IMG/VR virus record: IMGVR_UViG_3300028284_000006
Coordinates: 699-64,698 of that record
Source of the DNA: a virus
Taxonomy: Duplodnaviria; Caudoviricetes
Reading direction: 5' to 3' (one strand)
DNA length: 64,000 nucleotides
Both the position numbers and the translations under genes were made by a program. Below the pieces are notes generated by a model. That model was not told where the DNA came from. It made no database searches and worked only from the letters and a program-made list of their open reading frames with translations. Within the stretch, counting starts at the first letter, position 1; each line of letters starts with the position of its first letter. Below are positions 35,897 to 45,913 of the stretch, piece after piece.

Positions 35897-38800
35897 TTAA
35901 AGACTGCATTCAAAATTGTTGGTACAATTACCACTTGTTGTTATTGTTACACCTGAAGGTAAAGCATTAGCAGCACCTCCACCGTACCCAATTTGAGGGA
36001 CTGTTGAACTACATAAATGATAAGTAGTACCATCCAATTCTTCTGTGGCTAGAGTTTGGTCTATATCGATAGAAACAATTACTCCTCCTTGAGTGTAGTA
36101 AAATACATCCTCACTAGGGTCTATACTTGAAGTATCCGGAACATAAATGTTTCTACACTTATCAGAGTTGTTAGCTGCTTGAGCAACTACCACAGACCTT
36201 GTTACTTCATCAGCTGCGTTACCTGCATCATCACTAGCGTTGTATGTTACCGAGTAAGTACCTGCAACGGAAGTGTTGACAGCACTATCATCTATAACTA
36301 AATTGTCAGAAACATCTCCTTCCTCAGTGTCTATAACCGTTGCTCCATATTCATTGTATGGGTCATTCGTAACAATATTGTAAGGGTTGGGTCCCAATAA
36401 AGTTATTACTGGAGGTAAGTCTTGAGCTTCTCCTGAATCAATATACTCCCACACTAAGTAAAGGTACTGATGGTTGCTAGTATTATTGTATGTAAAAGAA
36501 GACTCATAAACCCCTGTACTAGGGTTTGCTACAGCACCACTGTTTTGTAGTAATGGATATAAGTCATTAATTTGGTAACGGTAAAAAAGTGTATCAGAAA
36601 TCAAATACTTAAACCTGTCAGATTTAAATACTAAAGAATCTCCAGATTGTTTTATAGACCTCATAGTAACTGTAGATCCCTCAATAGGTATAGGCCCAAA
36701 GGACTCTTCTCCTGTTATTGAGTTATAAGAAGATACGGGTCCTTCATTTATAGATATAAAACTTTCTTGAGTAGTTCCTCGAGATGAAGCGTCGTTCCAA
36801 GTAAATTCATGATGAATTGTTCTACCATCTCTACTTACATGATTCTTAGTTATACTTACAATTGTTAGTGACTGACCCTGTACGCACCCTACTAAGAATG
36901 AATAATCCGCTGCTACAGCTGTAATACTAATTTCAAGATCGTTAACATTAATCTGGTCTTTACTTAAACTGAAGGTACCACTACTAGTAAACGTTTCATT
37001 CTTAACCTCGACATTATTATAGGTCGCAACAATAGTTATTGATCCTGATGTCACTGTATAATCTACATCATAAGTACCAACTATATTATTTAATTTAACG
37101 GTGTATTTAGTTGTATCAATGGCTTCTATCTTTGTTATTTCAGTACCACATTCAATCTCATGCACAGGTTCCTCAATTTCAGTATCTGTTATAGATAGTA
37201 CATACTCTTTTGTGTAAGCATCAAAAGCACCTAACTTTATTTTATCTTTACTAGTAATAAACTCATCCCTAAACCAAGACCCCATACCAGCATCTGATAT
37301 TACATTCAATTGGTCTCCTCTAAGATTTATTACAGCACCTCTTTTTGTATCTGTAAAGAACACGTCATAACCAAATGAGGCAAAGCTCTCGGGATTATTA
37401 CTGATACCATACTCCTCAACCCTAGGGATTTGTTGTCCTAAGACATCAGGTGTACTTATAATAGCTCCTCCTGCAGACGCGTCAGAGAATAGGTTCTTAC
37501 CGTTAGCTAAAACTGTAGATATCTTATCCTCTTGAAACACAAGTATATCAGATGTTCTAGCGTGCATTTTTTCTATTGAACCAAAAGACTTTTCTAGTAC
37601 ACTGAAGTTTGATAATGCTAAGTTAAACTCGTTAAGTTTATTTATATTAGTATCTTCATTGTATATACCACTGTAAGTAATATCTGCATACCTATGAGCT
37701 TCCTTATAATCTTCTTCAGAAACGGAGGTAACCCTTGCTCCCATAAGGAATCCTGGAGTGGCTAGTTCATCATTTATTCTAAAACTCTCAACACCATTAC
37801 CAAAAGAAAAACAGTTGTACATATTAACATCAACTATAGCGCTTTGACTACTAGTTTGATTCTGAACATTTCCTTCATGTAAACCATTCTCATCTATAGA
37901 GTAACTTGTGTTACTTTCGTAATATAACTCATTATCAGACTCTATTGGAGTAGTTTCTAAAACCAAAAGCCCTCCTGATTTCACTACTTCTATATCTACA
38001 TTCATGTAAGCATTCCTAGGATTACTTGAAATAAGGAACGTGTTGTCGTAGTAAAAAGATTGAGGGTTACTGAAACCTAAACAAGCTTCACCCGTTACGC
38101 TGTTTCTGTAGTACCTAACTTGTAACCTAGAGTTTAAGTTTACAGGGTCTGTGATGTTTAAATTTTGATGCTCAAAACCTGTTGTCTCTCCATCAAAGTC
38201 AGAGTATGTTCCAATAGTGTTTATCCATACAGCTTCCACTTCTCTACCTTGAGAAGACTCTGTTCCAGGGTCATTCGTTGGAAGGTTGAAATCAATGTTC
38301 TCTCCAATAATGAAGTCATACATGTTATCATAGTCGCTAAGAGCAACAAACGATCTTTCAAACTCAAACCTACTATAATTGTCTCCGTATTGATATGTTA
38401 TTATTTCAAACCTAACAATAGAACCTGCGGGTATTTTATACTCTTTATACTGCAATTCAGAACCACCTACAGTGTATTCGGGATTCTCTTCGGATGTAGA
38501 GTATACGATATCTCTGTTCTTAACATCTTTTCCAGAAGTTCCATAACTTATTATAGGGTTATCTATTGATGATAAAGAAAAACCTCTCGGCTTTATCTTC
38601 ATGTACACACCTGTAGGTTCTTCATTATTTAAGAAGTCTACTTCTTTAACTTCAAGGTCTAGTATTTTTGTTTTTATCAACTTATCTGCTGGACCTGAAG
38701 CAGATGACTTAAGTATTAATGAATCACCTTTCTTAGCTTTTGTTTGGTTGTCTCCTTCTAACTTACACCACCATGCATTTTCACTTGAGTCATAGAAGAA

Positions 38801-40645
38801 CAAGTTACTGTATATGGTCTCATAAGGACCTTTGCTTGATTTTAAAGCAAACCTATATCTCTTTGCCCATGAAGGAGCCACGTTCTCTATTGTTGTTCTT
38901 ATGCTATTCAATGAAGTACTTGATCCGGCCGGAACATTTACTGTGTTGTTCTGAGATGTCAAAACTGTACTCGCCCTGTTGTACTCATCCAAGTAAACAA
39001 TACCTAATTCATAATCTCTATTACTGTGAAGACTTTTTAATTTAGAAACCTTATACACATCAACTTCAGAAGAACTGTAAAGGAAATATTCGTAAGCATA
39101 TACCGTTGGGTTTGCAGTCTCCCTAAACTTTAATGAAGGAACCTGTATAGTCAAACTATTACCAGTATAAGATACTAAGAAATTCTCATCATCTGCTGCA
39201 ACACCAGCTCCTACTAATTCCCATCCAGTTTTAGGTGTTATAGAACTATAAAACAAATCCTTCAAACTATTTCCTTCACTAGCTTGGCTTATTGGAAGTG
39301 ATGAATTTATTTTGCTTATAAACTGAGTGTCTTCAGCTAACTCTTGAGCAGAGTAATAATCTCTTTGAAATACAAAATCAAAATTACCTCTAAAAGTATT
39401 CTCTGGAGCTACTGGATAAGATGAACTTCCTCCAAAACTAGAGTGGTCTAAACCTACTGATATACTAATTGCACCATCCTTCTTCATCTCAATACCAGAC
39501 AAATCTACAACTAAAGTAGAATTAGCAACTGTAGTAGATGTATCTAACGTGTAAGAGTCCCCATCACCATTACTTTTATCAGGTGTTTGTAATCCTATGT
39601 CATCGCTTTTTAATTCTGCTGTGTAATCTATTTTAACATCCACATCGTGACCGTCAACGTAGTTACCATACATTATCCTGTTACCTATGCTTGTTTGAGA
39701 CTTTGCTTTCTTAGGAACATTGTCATACAATCGCAACAACTCACTCTCTGGTAAAGTTGTGTATATTTTTTGATTATTGAAAACTAGTGTTACGTCGTCA
39801 TTGTCTGTCCATCCTTCATCGGATTTAGTGTACTTTTCTACAACATTAACTATATTTGAGTTAGATAATTTAAAACAAACATCCACACCAACAACTCTTT
39901 TGCTTCCTGTATTTATTGTTAAGTTAACAGAATTATAATCGTTCTGCATACCTTTCATATTGTAGTTTCTGTAATCAACTTCAAAACCCCTTGGGTCAAA
40001 AGCTATATCAGAGAACTCAGAAAGAGCTGAATACTCACCATTCTTATACTTGTATCTGTAAGCAAACCTTATAAATTTATCTTCTATGTAGTTGTCTTTT
40101 TTCGTTGTCTTTATTAACTCTAATTGTGGTGATTTTATTGGTGGCTTTACTATGACTGATATATCATCCTCAACTATATTATCTACACCCGTGCTTAACT
40201 CATACGTTTGTTTTACATTTATTCTCCTTGGTGGGTTATAGTTGTCCGTAAAGAATAGCAGGTCATCAATTAAAGTAATGTCATTAACAGGATAAGACTC
40301 ATTAAAGTTTAGTAAATTTAAAGTCCTTAAATGTGTTCTTTGAGACCCTGTCCTTGTGTTGTATGAAACTACGTAATCTATTTTTGTTCCTGAAGTTGTG
40401 GTTACAAACCAATAAATAGTGTCCCTTTGTTCATCGGCAAAAACACCTATACATTTGTGAAAGATACCAAAACCAAAATCTGTAATCTCATTCCTACCCA
40501 ATGCTGTGGTTATAACCCCTGCTTCACCTGTCTCATCAGAATTTATTCTTATATTCTCTGCGTGAAGGTATTCTCCTTTAGGTATAAATCTTTCGTCAAG
40601 ACTTTTATTCATCTTGCCGCCAATAAAAATTTTATTTATATCCAT
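35897..40645 (-). CDS. Tail nozzle/muzzle (stabilization) protein with C-terminal Ig-like extension
   Basis: MNKSLDERFIPKGEYLHAENI, LFFTDNYNPPRRIN, RFAYRYKY, GNRIMYGNY, YGISNNPESF, FFTDTKRGAV. Confidence 0.75.
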   Translation of the reverse strand: MDINKIFIGGKMNKSLDERFIPKGEYLHAENIRINSDETGEAGVITTALGRNEITDFGFGIFHKCIGVFADEQRDTIYWFVTTTSGTKIDYVVSYNTRTGSQRTHLRTLNLLNFNESYPVNDITLIDDLLFFTDNYNPPRRINVKQTYELSTGVDNIVEDDISVIVKPPIKSPQLELIKTTKKDNYIEDKFIRFAYRYKYKNGEYSALSEFSDIAFDPRGFEVDYRNYNMKGMQNDYNSVNLTINTGSKRVVGVDVCFKLSNSNIVNVVEKYTKSDEGWTDNDDVTLVFNNQKIYTTLPESELLRLYDNVPKKAKSQTSIGNRIMYGNYVDGHDVDVKIDYTAELKSDDIGLQTPDKSNGDGDSYTLDTSTTVANSTLVVDLSGIEMKKDGAISISVGLDHSSFGGSSSYPVAPENTFRGNFDFVFQRDYYSAQELAEDTQFISKINSSLPISQASEGNSLKDLFYSSITPKTGWELVGAGVAADDENFLVSYTGNSLTIQVPSLKFRETANPTVYAYEYFLYSSSEVDVYKVSKLKSLHSNRDYELGIVYLDEYNRASTVLTSQNNTVNVPAGSSTSLNSIRTTIENVAPSWAKRYRFALKSSKGPYETIYSNLFFYDSSENAWWCKLEGDNQTKAKKGDSLILKSSASGPADKLIKTKILDLEVKEVDFLNNEEPTGVYMKIKPRGFSLSSIDNPIISYGTSGKDVKNRDIVYSTSEENPEYTVGGSELQYKEYKIPAGSIVRFEIITYQYGDNYSRFEFERSFVALSDYDNMYDFIIGENIDFNLPTNDPGTESSQGREVEAVWINTIGTYSDFDGETTGFEHQNLNITDPVNLNSRLQVRYYRNSVTGEACLGFSNPQSFYYDNTFLISSNPRNAYMNVDIEVVKSGGLLVLETTPIESDNELYYESNTSYSIDENGLHEGNVQNQTSSQSAIVDVNMYNCFSFGNGVESFRINDELATPGFLMGARVTSVSEEDYKEAHRYADITYSGIYNEDTNINKLNEFNLALSNFSVLEKSFGSIEKMHARTSDILVFQEDKISTVLANGKNLFSDASAGGAIISTPDVLGQQIPRVEEYGISNNPESFASFGYDVFFTDTKRGAVINLRGDQLNVISDAGMGSWFRDEFITSKDKIKLGAFDAYTKEYVLSITDTEIEEPVHEIECGTEITKIEAIDTTKYTVKLNNIVGTYDVDYTVTSGSITIVATYNNVEVKNETFTSSGTFSLSKDQINVNDLEISITAVAADYSFLVGCVQGQSLTIVSITKNHVSRDGRTIHHEFTWNDASSRGTTQESFISINEGPVSSYNSITGEESFGPIPIEGSTVTMRSIKQSGDSLVFKSDRFKYLISDTLFYRYQINDLYPLLQNSGAVANPSTGVYESSFTYNNTSNHQYLYLVWEYIDSGEAQDLPPVITLLGPNPYNIVTNDPYNEYGATVIDTEEGDVSDNLVIDDSAVNTSVAGTYSVTYNASDDAGNAADEVTRSVVVAQAANNSDKCRNIYVPDTSSIDPSEDVFYYTQGGVIVSIDIDQTLATEELDGTTYHLCSSTVPQIGYGGGAANALPSGVTITTSGNCTNNFECSL

Positions 40646-40646
40646 A

Positions 40647-41564
40647 TTACTTTAACCATTTGTTTTGACTTCTCAAGTTCATGAGTAATCTTCCTGGGTG
40701 TATATTGCTTATTCTTATTCTAGCATTCCTTAGTAATGCTGACTTAGCTTTTTGAGCTCTTCTAATAACATAATCTTGTACGTTAAACTTAGATGATAGT
40801 ATTGCATACTTAACATATGCATATATATATTCCTCAAACATCTTGTTCACACTCACGCTTACATCGCTACCAGACTCCATACCATCTGAAACATACTCAA
40901 TAACGACTGTTTGGTCTGCCATTTGTGAGTCAAAGTTTATAACACCTGATTTTTTATCTATCTTGAATGTAGGGTTTACATTTGCTGTCTCTGTGTTTAA
41001 ACCAAATCTAGCGCCTACAGAATAATCAAACACCCACTTACCATCGATATTGTATCCTAGGTTTCCGTTCATCCTTCCTGAACCTACATAAGGTGTTTTA
41101 GAAAGGCCATCTAACCTGTCAGAATCTAATAAAGAAGTACCTGTTAGTATATCTCCCTCATCATCAAAAAGAACTCTACAGTCATTATCCTGTAGGTAAC
41201 TCTTAGCGTAGTTTGTTTGAATGTTCTCTGTTAAAGGCATCAATGTTCCGTCCTTGTATAAAGATATTCTAACCCAATTAACGAAATCTGAAGGAAGAAC
41301 TATTCTTAAGTTATCGCAAACTGTTAGTTCTACTATTTTAGTTTCCTTCATTGCATCATAGTTAAGCTCTTGGATAGCTCTCTTAGCATGAAATATTACG
41401 TTGTATCTCTCTACATTATTTACTAACTTATCATTACCAACGTACATCAGCATAAAGTTATTTACAATGTCTTCTAGTGTTATGTATTGGTAAGACCCCC
41501 AATTAGCGTCTTCTTGTCCAGCTCCTTCATTCTCGTAGTACTGATAACCTGTTAAATATGCCAT
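40647..41564 (-). CDS. Tail ring / head-tail connector protein
   Basis: VIFHAKRAIQELNYD, LPSDFVNWVRI; position in the block. Confidence 0.6.
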   Translation of the reverse strand: MAYLTGYQYYENEGAGQEDANWGSYQYITLEDIVNNFMLMYVGNDKLVNNVERYNVIFHAKRAIQELNYDAMKETKIVELTVCDNLRIVLPSDFVNWVRISLYKDGTLMPLTENIQTNYAKSYLQDNDCRVLFDDEGDILTGTSLLDSDRLDGLSKTPYVGSGRMNGNLGYNIDGKWVFDYSVGARFGLNTETANVNPTFKIDKKSGVINFDSQMADQTVVIEYVSDGMESGSDVSVSVNKMFEEYIYAYVKYAILSSKFNVQDYVIRRAQKAKSALLRNARIRISNIHPGRLLMNLRSQNKWLK

Positions 41565-41567
41565 GTC

Positions 41568-42500
41568 TTATCCTTGTTTTTGTTTTTCTTGTATTTCTGA
41601 CTCTTGAGCAGATTTGTAAACATCCACTTCCCTTATGGATATACCAACATACTTCAATATCTTAGATATAATTAATGGCTCATCTGTTAAAGGTATCTCT
41701 AAGTCTTGGTGATTAGCATCACCGACATTGTATAGAGGGCTTCCACCCACTATTTGATACGTCCAGTTAGGATCTTTTGGTTTCCTAATGTACTGTGCTT
41801 TTATTTGACCCACGTTTGTTAAGGTAACAGGAAACACGCTCACTGTATTTCCACCCTGCGTATATGCAGGAAAAGTAAGGTTTGGTGCTGTAATGTTTGA
41901 TGCGTTTAACATTGTAGCCTTTGTATGAGAAAGTCTCTCAGACTCTTTAAAAGTGTTACTCTTATATACAGCGAAAACAAGATTAGATGAATTATTATTC
42001 CATGAATGCGTACTGTCTGTTCTTATGCTTTCTTCAGTTATAACTGTAATATTAGCCACATAAAGAACTGAATCATCTATAACACATACCTGATCCCCAA
42101 CAACCACACCATCAGTAACAAAAGTTGCTCCTGTTTGTATTAAGGATACAGCTGTAGTACTTGTTGTTGTACCACTAGCTAGTACTTTTGTTTTTACTAG
42201 TAGTTTGTTTATAAGGTAGTAATCATTAGGAAGTGTGTACTTGTTATTTACATTGTTTAATTCCTTCTCTTCAGAGAAATTGTCTATAACCTCTTCTAGG
42301 TTCTTCAATATGTCAGCATAACCTGAACCTGATGCTCTTTGGTTTTGTCTAACTATCCATTGATTGTATCTATAGAAGTAATCCTCAAATATATCTAACT
42401 GTGCTTGCTTTGCATACAAATTAAAGTCAGCTGGTGTGATATACCCTTGCTGATGTTTGTTTGCTATAGCTAAGACTGATTGTCTTACGCTGTTTATCAT
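41568..42500 (-). CDS. Tail ring / adaptor protein
   Basis: NKHQQGYITPADFNLYAKQAQ, LPNDYY, YIRKPKDPNW. Confidence 0.65.
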   Translation of the reverse strand: MINSVRQSVLAIANKHQQGYITPADFNLYAKQAQLDIFEDYFYRYNQWIVRQNQRASGSGYADILKNLEEVIDNFSEEKELNNVNNKYTLPNDYYLINKLLVKTKVLASGTTTSTTAVSLIQTGATFVTDGVVVGDQVCVIDDSVLYVANITVITEESIRTDSTHSWNNNSSNLVFAVYKSNTFKESERLSHTKATMLNASNITAPNLTFPAYTQGGNTVSVFPVTLTNVGQIKAQYIRKPKDPNWTYQIVGGSPLYNVGDANHQDLEIPLTDEPLIISKILKYVGISIREVDVYKSAQESEIQEKQKQG

Positions 42501-42516
42501 TTTGCTTTATTTTATG

Positions 42517-42524
42517 CAAAGATA
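42517..42524 (-). promoter_or_regulatory. Bacteroidota -7 element
   Basis: TATCTTTG directly after the terminator, 17 nt upstream of the ATG at 42500. Confidence 0.6.
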
Positions 42525-42527
42525 ATC

Positions 42528-42563
42528 AAAAAAAATAACCCACCCCTTTGACAGGATGGGTTA
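42528..42563 (-). terminator. Intrinsic terminator
   Basis: Minus strand TAACCCATCCT-GTCAA-AGGGGTGGGTTA followed by T8. Confidence 0.8.
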
Positions 42564-42585
42564 CATACTATATAGTTATTTATAG

Positions 42586-43329
42586 TTAGTTATCTAACTT
42601 ATTCTCTAACATGGTCATTACTTCTAATCCATCGTTTGTCTGGAAGAACGAAGAAATAGTGTACACTGGAGATTCTCCAAATGGTATACTTAATAATTTT
42701 TTCTTATTTCCAGCAATGTTGAAGTATATATCCTTGCCGTTATTCTTTAAAACCAACATTCCTTCAGCTAATAATTTAGATGATAGGTTTTGTAGTTTTA
42801 ACATTGGGTCATTTAAGGTCTCTAAGAACTCGTTTGGACTATTCTTAGCAAACAACCTTACATCTCTTTTTAGTTCAGCTGTAGACATCTTGTCTACGTT
42901 CATAGACATAACAACCCTACCGATTGTTTCTAACATTTCTAATGTTAAGTCTCTTGCTGCTAACTGAGCTTCTAATTGGTAATCTAGTACCTCAACATCT
43001 TCTGTTGCATCCTTCTCATTATCAACCTCGGTAAAAACTGATCCGTTACCTGGGTGTAAAGATAAGAATTCTTGTAAAACAGGATTTGTCTTACTAACAA
43101 ATAACATTCCTTTATCGAAAATGATTGGCTCTAATATAGCGTTATCATCCTGTTCTTCTTGGAATGGAGATTTTTGATTTACTGAATACCTTAATGCTTT
43201 GTTTGATTTACCATCGAAGTGTAGTAATGGCTTTCTTCTAGAGTTTCTAGAATTTAACATATAACTTAATGGTGTGCTTCTACTTTTGAGTACATACACC
43301 CTATCCTTTAGGACTACTTGTTTTTTCAT
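42586..43329 (-). CDS. Conserved capsid-cluster protein
   Basis: 247 aa immediately downstream of the major capsid gene. Confidence 0.65.
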   Translation of the reverse strand: MKKQVVLKDRVYVLKSRSTPLSYMLNSRNSRRKPLLHFDGKSNKALRYSVNQKSPFQEEQDDNAILEPIIFDKGMLFVSKTNPVLQEFLSLHPGNGSVFTEVDNEKDATEDVEVLDYQLEAQLAARDLTLEMLETIGRVVMSMNVDKMSTAELKRDVRLFAKNSPNEFLETLNDPMLKLQNLSSKLLAEGMLVLKNNGKDIYFNIAGNKKKLLSIPFGESPVYTISSFFQTNDGLEVMTMLENKLDN

Positions 43330-43349
43330 TTGATTTTAATTTAATTTTA

Positions 43350-43387
43350 TAAAAAAGAAGGGGACCACTTTAATGTGGCCCCTCCTC
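43350..43387 (-). terminator. Intrinsic terminator after the major capsid gene
   Basis: Minus strand GAGGAGGGGCCAC-ATTAAA-GTGGTCCCCTTC followed by a T-tract. Confidence 0.8.
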
Positions 43388-43397
43388 ATATTTAATA

Positions 43398-44792
43398 CTA
43401 CTTCAATAAGAAGAAGTTGTTTGCACCTAAAGTACAAAGAGCTCTTTCTGATAAGAAGTGAACTTGCATAGCGTCTAAGTCGCTTGTTGAAGCACCTCCA
43501 GCAGAACCAACTACCCAAGACTTCATCTTTCTGTCTTCAGTTTCAGAAGCTTTGTAACGTACGTGTAAGAATGGTCTCTTAGCGTTTTTACCCATAACCT
43601 CATCATAAACTGTAGTAGAACCTGCTGGTACGATAATACCATCAATCCCTCCACCTACAATACCTCCACGCATAGTAGCGTCGTTCAAGTATTTCCAGTC
43701 AGACTTATAGAAATCATAACCTCTACGGAATCCAGAGAATCCTAAGTTCAATGCCATATCTTTCTCATTGTCAAACAATCCGAAAGAAGCTCCTGAAGAA
43801 CCAAAGTTGTTCTGAGCAGCTAACATGTTGTCAATCTCAAAAGATGTACCTCTGTTTACGAACATTACGTTCTCTTCGATAGCACCTTGCTTATCTAACT
43901 GAGCAACTACTTTATCAATCTCTGCTAAGTCATTTAAAGCTCCTGCAGCGATGTTTCCTCTTTCTTCTAAAGCATGTAAAAGACCTTCAGATCCTTTGTA
44001 TCCTAAAGCAAAAGCTTCACTTGTCTGTCCTGTTACATCTTTAGCTGGTACAGCCTCAATCATAGCAGTCTCTAAGTAGTCTTCAAAACGTAATCTTGTT
44101 TCGTGCTCAGACTTTAAGTACCATAAGTACCCAACTCCGTTATCTCCTTCTACTTCAATCCATCCAATTTGAGCCATGTCAGAACCAGCAACTTCGTACT
44201 TGTCTTTAATGATGATTGGGTTGTTGTCAAAGATATCGTTATCAGCCTCTAAAGCTTTCTCCATCCCAGTTGTTCCTTTCTTGAACTCAGAACCATAGAT
44301 AAATACATCTACATCTGTTCCACTGTTGTCAGCTCCACCTAAAGAAGTGAATGCTGGTACACCTGCTGCATCAAATAATGCTACTGCTACTTCTGTTGCA
44401 GATACACTTGTTACAATACCTTTTGCAGATACAGCAGCTGATGTTCCGTCAGAAATCATAATTGTTTGACCTTTTCTGATTGCAGAGTTGTCGATTAATA
44501 AAGTCAAAGCTCCGTCCGCAGAAGCAACTCCGTCCTTGATAACTACAGCCTCATACTTGATGTGTAATCTTCCTTGCTCAGACCATTTGATTAAGTCTGA
44601 AGAACATGGTAATTCAGCTCCTACTAAACGTAAGAAAGAACTAACTGATCTGTTCCCGTATCTTTCAAATTCTTTCTCATAAGTATCTGGTAAATACTGG
44701 TTCAAGAAATTGAAATCTGTAATGTATGACCCTGGTAAAGCCACTTTTGTTTGTGAAGGTGTAATGTTCACGTTTCCTGTAATAATTGCCAT
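43398..44792 (-). CDS. Major capsid protein
   Basis: 464 aa after portal and scaffold, followed by a terminator; QYLPD...WSEQGRLH, IIKDKYEVAGSD, FLSER motifs. Confidence 0.8.
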   Translation of the reverse strand: MAIITGNVNITPSQTKVALPGSYITDFNFLNQYLPDTYEKEFERYGNRSVSSFLRLVGAELPCSSDLIKWSEQGRLHIKYEAVVIKDGVASADGALTLLIDNSAIRKGQTIMISDGTSAAVSAKGIVTSVSATEVAVALFDAAGVPAFTSLGGADNSGTDVDVFIYGSEFKKGTTGMEKALEADNDIFDNNPIIIKDKYEVAGSDMAQIGWIEVEGDNGVGYLWYLKSEHETRLRFEDYLETAMIEAVPAKDVTGQTSEAFALGYKGSEGLLHALEERGNIAAGALNDLAEIDKVVAQLDKQGAIEENVMFVNRGTSFEIDNMLAAQNNFGSSGASFGLFDNEKDMALNLGFSGFRRGYDFYKSDWKYLNDATMRGGIVGGGIDGIIVPAGSTTVYDEVMGKNAKRPFLHVRYKASETEDRKMKSWVVGSAGGASTSDLDAMQVHFLSERALCTLGANNFFLLK

Positions 44793-44805
44793 TTTTTTTT
44801 AGTTT

Positions 44806-45897
44806 TTAGCGTTTTTTAATTTTTAGACCACGCCCGCTATCGCTTTCGACTGCTCTAACCTTGAATCCTGATGTAGATACTTGTTGAGGTGTTGTCCTAA
44901 CATCCATGTTTACATTCTTGGACTGTCTAGATAAATCACCTACACTATCGGCTTTTCCTTTCTCGTAGAAAAAATTAGCCATCTTCTCAGGGTTCATTGC
45001 AGCAGACAAAGCACGATGGTATCCCTTAGGGTCTTTTATTAATCCTTTCTCATCTATGTACTTAGATATGAAATTATTAACGTCAGATTGCGCGCTTTTA
45101 ACGTCACTTACTTCTCCAGGGCTAAACAAAATAGATTGCTCTCCGACATTAAACTCAAAACCTTTGAATTCATCGTTAAACACCTCTTCTGTCTTCTTCA
45201 TGAAAAACTCAGTCTTCTTCTGATTCTCCTCTTGAACACTTTGCGATTGTGATACATATTCCTTGTAAGCATTGTAAGTCTCTAACTCATCATCGTTAAC
45301 TAACCCCTTAGCCGACTCGACTGGAATTTTATATGTCTCCTTTAACTCATTAAAATACTTCTTTGCTTTAGCAAGCTCTCTTTTTACTGCAATCTTCTTA
45401 GCCTTTATATCAGAGTCGTCATCCACATCCTCATCGTACCCAAACTTCTCTTGTATTAGGTATGATATATCCTCAGAATCCAAATCCTCCTCTGTAGAAG
45501 AATAAAAATCTTGCAATAATTTATTGTCATCTACCTGATCATAATCCACTTGAAGCTTCATAAAATCTTTAATATCCCTACCTGTTTCCTTCTTATACTT
45601 TAGGAACGCAGATACGTCTTCTGGTAGTTCTTCTTGTTGCTTCTCAGCAAACAAGTCATCAATATTTTCTATCTCTCTGTTATATCTATTCTTGATATAA
45701 TCTCTTAACTCATCTTCACCATACTCGGTGCTTGTTTCAACAGGTGTATCCTCTACACTCGTTTCTTGAACAGGTGTATCCTCTATACTCGTTTCTTCAA
45801 CAGGTGCGTCTTCTTGAACCTGTTCCATTAAGGTTTCCTCAACCTCTTGTAGTGATTTCTCACCTGGGCCTGGGACCGCTCTTACTTTAATTTCCAT
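44806..45897 (-). CDS. Capsid scaffolding protein
   Basis: Acidic and helical; basic C-terminus GLKIKKR; between portal and capsid; N-terminal 10-aa tandem repeat (PVEETSIEDT). Confidence 0.7.
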   Translation of the reverse strand: MEIKVRAVPGPGEKSLQEVEETLMEQVQEDAPVEETSIEDTPVQETSVEDTPVETSTEYGEDELRDYIKNRYNREIENIDDLFAEKQQEELPEDVSAFLKYKKETGRDIKDFMKLQVDYDQVDDNKLLQDFYSSTEEDLDSEDISYLIQEKFGYDEDVDDDSDIKAKKIAVKRELAKAKKYFNELKETYKIPVESAKGLVNDDELETYNAYKEYVSQSQSVQEENQKKTEFFMKKTEEVFNDEFKGFEFNVGEQSILFSPGEVSDVKSAQSDVNNFISKYIDEKGLIKDPKGYHRALSAAMNPEKMANFFYEKGKADSVGDLSRQSKNVNMDVRTTPQQVSTSGFKVRAVESDSGRGLKIKKR

Positions 45898-45913
45898 ATT
45901 TGATTTAATTTAA

